From Seison nebaliae (lineage: Eukaryota): DNA of 64,000 nt. Shown one piece after another: positions 63,494 to 64,000 of this stretch; position 1 is the first letter of the stretch, and every line of letters begins with the position of its first letter. The position numbers and the translations under genes were made by a program. The stretch spans positions 1 through 64,000 of the forward strand of contig JALJEE010002126.1 in NCBI GenBank assembly GCA_023231475.1. Reading direction: 5' to 3'. The notes under the pieces were generated by a model. It was not told the origin of the DNA. It did no database searches and saw nothing but the letters and a program-made list of their open reading frames with translations.

Positions 63494-64000
63494 TAAATAT
63501 GAGAAAGTCATTAGGAAATCACATACAACATATTCAGTCTCATAATGAAATAATTGTTTCGGAGTGAACTGACTCATTGGAATTGACTTCTTCATCTCTC
63601 AGCTCCTCTTCTAGTCTCTAACAATTATCGGTCACTATGAAATCTGTGTTGTCAACTTAACTATTTATTATTATTATCATCATTTCTTTCTTCTAATCCT
63701 TCACAATTTTCTCAAACTAATTTATTTTAATTGAAAATACTAAATGAAAGAAAACATTATTACTCCTATCAATACCATTCTCTAAAACTTTCAATTAATA
63801 AAATGTTATTCTCATCACCACCATCATCATTATCATCATTATTCTCCAACTTGTCACTTCATGCACTTGTCTCCCAGATGAAATAATTTCATCATCATCT
63901 TGATGATTCATTCAAATTAAATGTGGACGTTTGAAGAGAGAGACAGATAGAAAGAGAGTAGAGAGAAAGAAAAGATATTGATCATTTCATATCGATCGTC

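Noticed and set aside
1..64000. tRNA, rRNA or spliceosomal snRNA genes
   Set aside because: None recognised by eye; a covariance-model search is needed to exclude divergent copies

Overview
Very AT-rich eukaryotic DNA, almost certainly from an invertebrate animal (it carries an SRCR-type lysyl oxidase, TMEM59, an S1 protease and a CoREST-like gene) with a compact genome. Bases 1 to ~12.5 kb have no intact gene and hold decayed transposon debris: a Mutator-like transposase fragment, a ~340-bp repeat in two inverted copies and a GTGACGAAA-motif repeat family. From 13 to 63.5 kb I reconstructed 17 protein-coding genes by hand, and all spliced models close in frame: a divergent Rab7 paralog, SLC41, LOXL, ZnT/SLC30, a divergent alpha-tubulin, strumpellin/WASHC5, SC5D, Rad17-like, a bacterial-type YqfO/NIF3 small protein, AASS, a PPC/DUF296 protein, Rab7, PSMD3, extended synaptotagmin, a chymotrypsin-like protease, TMEM59 and a ~3370-aa ELM2-SANT protein. 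The main signal is the splicing code: of 47 inferred introns, 44 start GTT, 2 GTC, 1 GTG and none GTA, and 41 are only 40-64 nt. This points to a rewired 5' splice-site recognition system in an animal. Other leads are operon-like ~105-110 nt spacers next to two small intronless prokaryote-family genes, an SREBP-site cluster upstream of SC5D, a Q-to-M switch-II Rab7 paralog and a decayed duplicate of the last Rab7 exon. All gene models are manual and have no transcript support.
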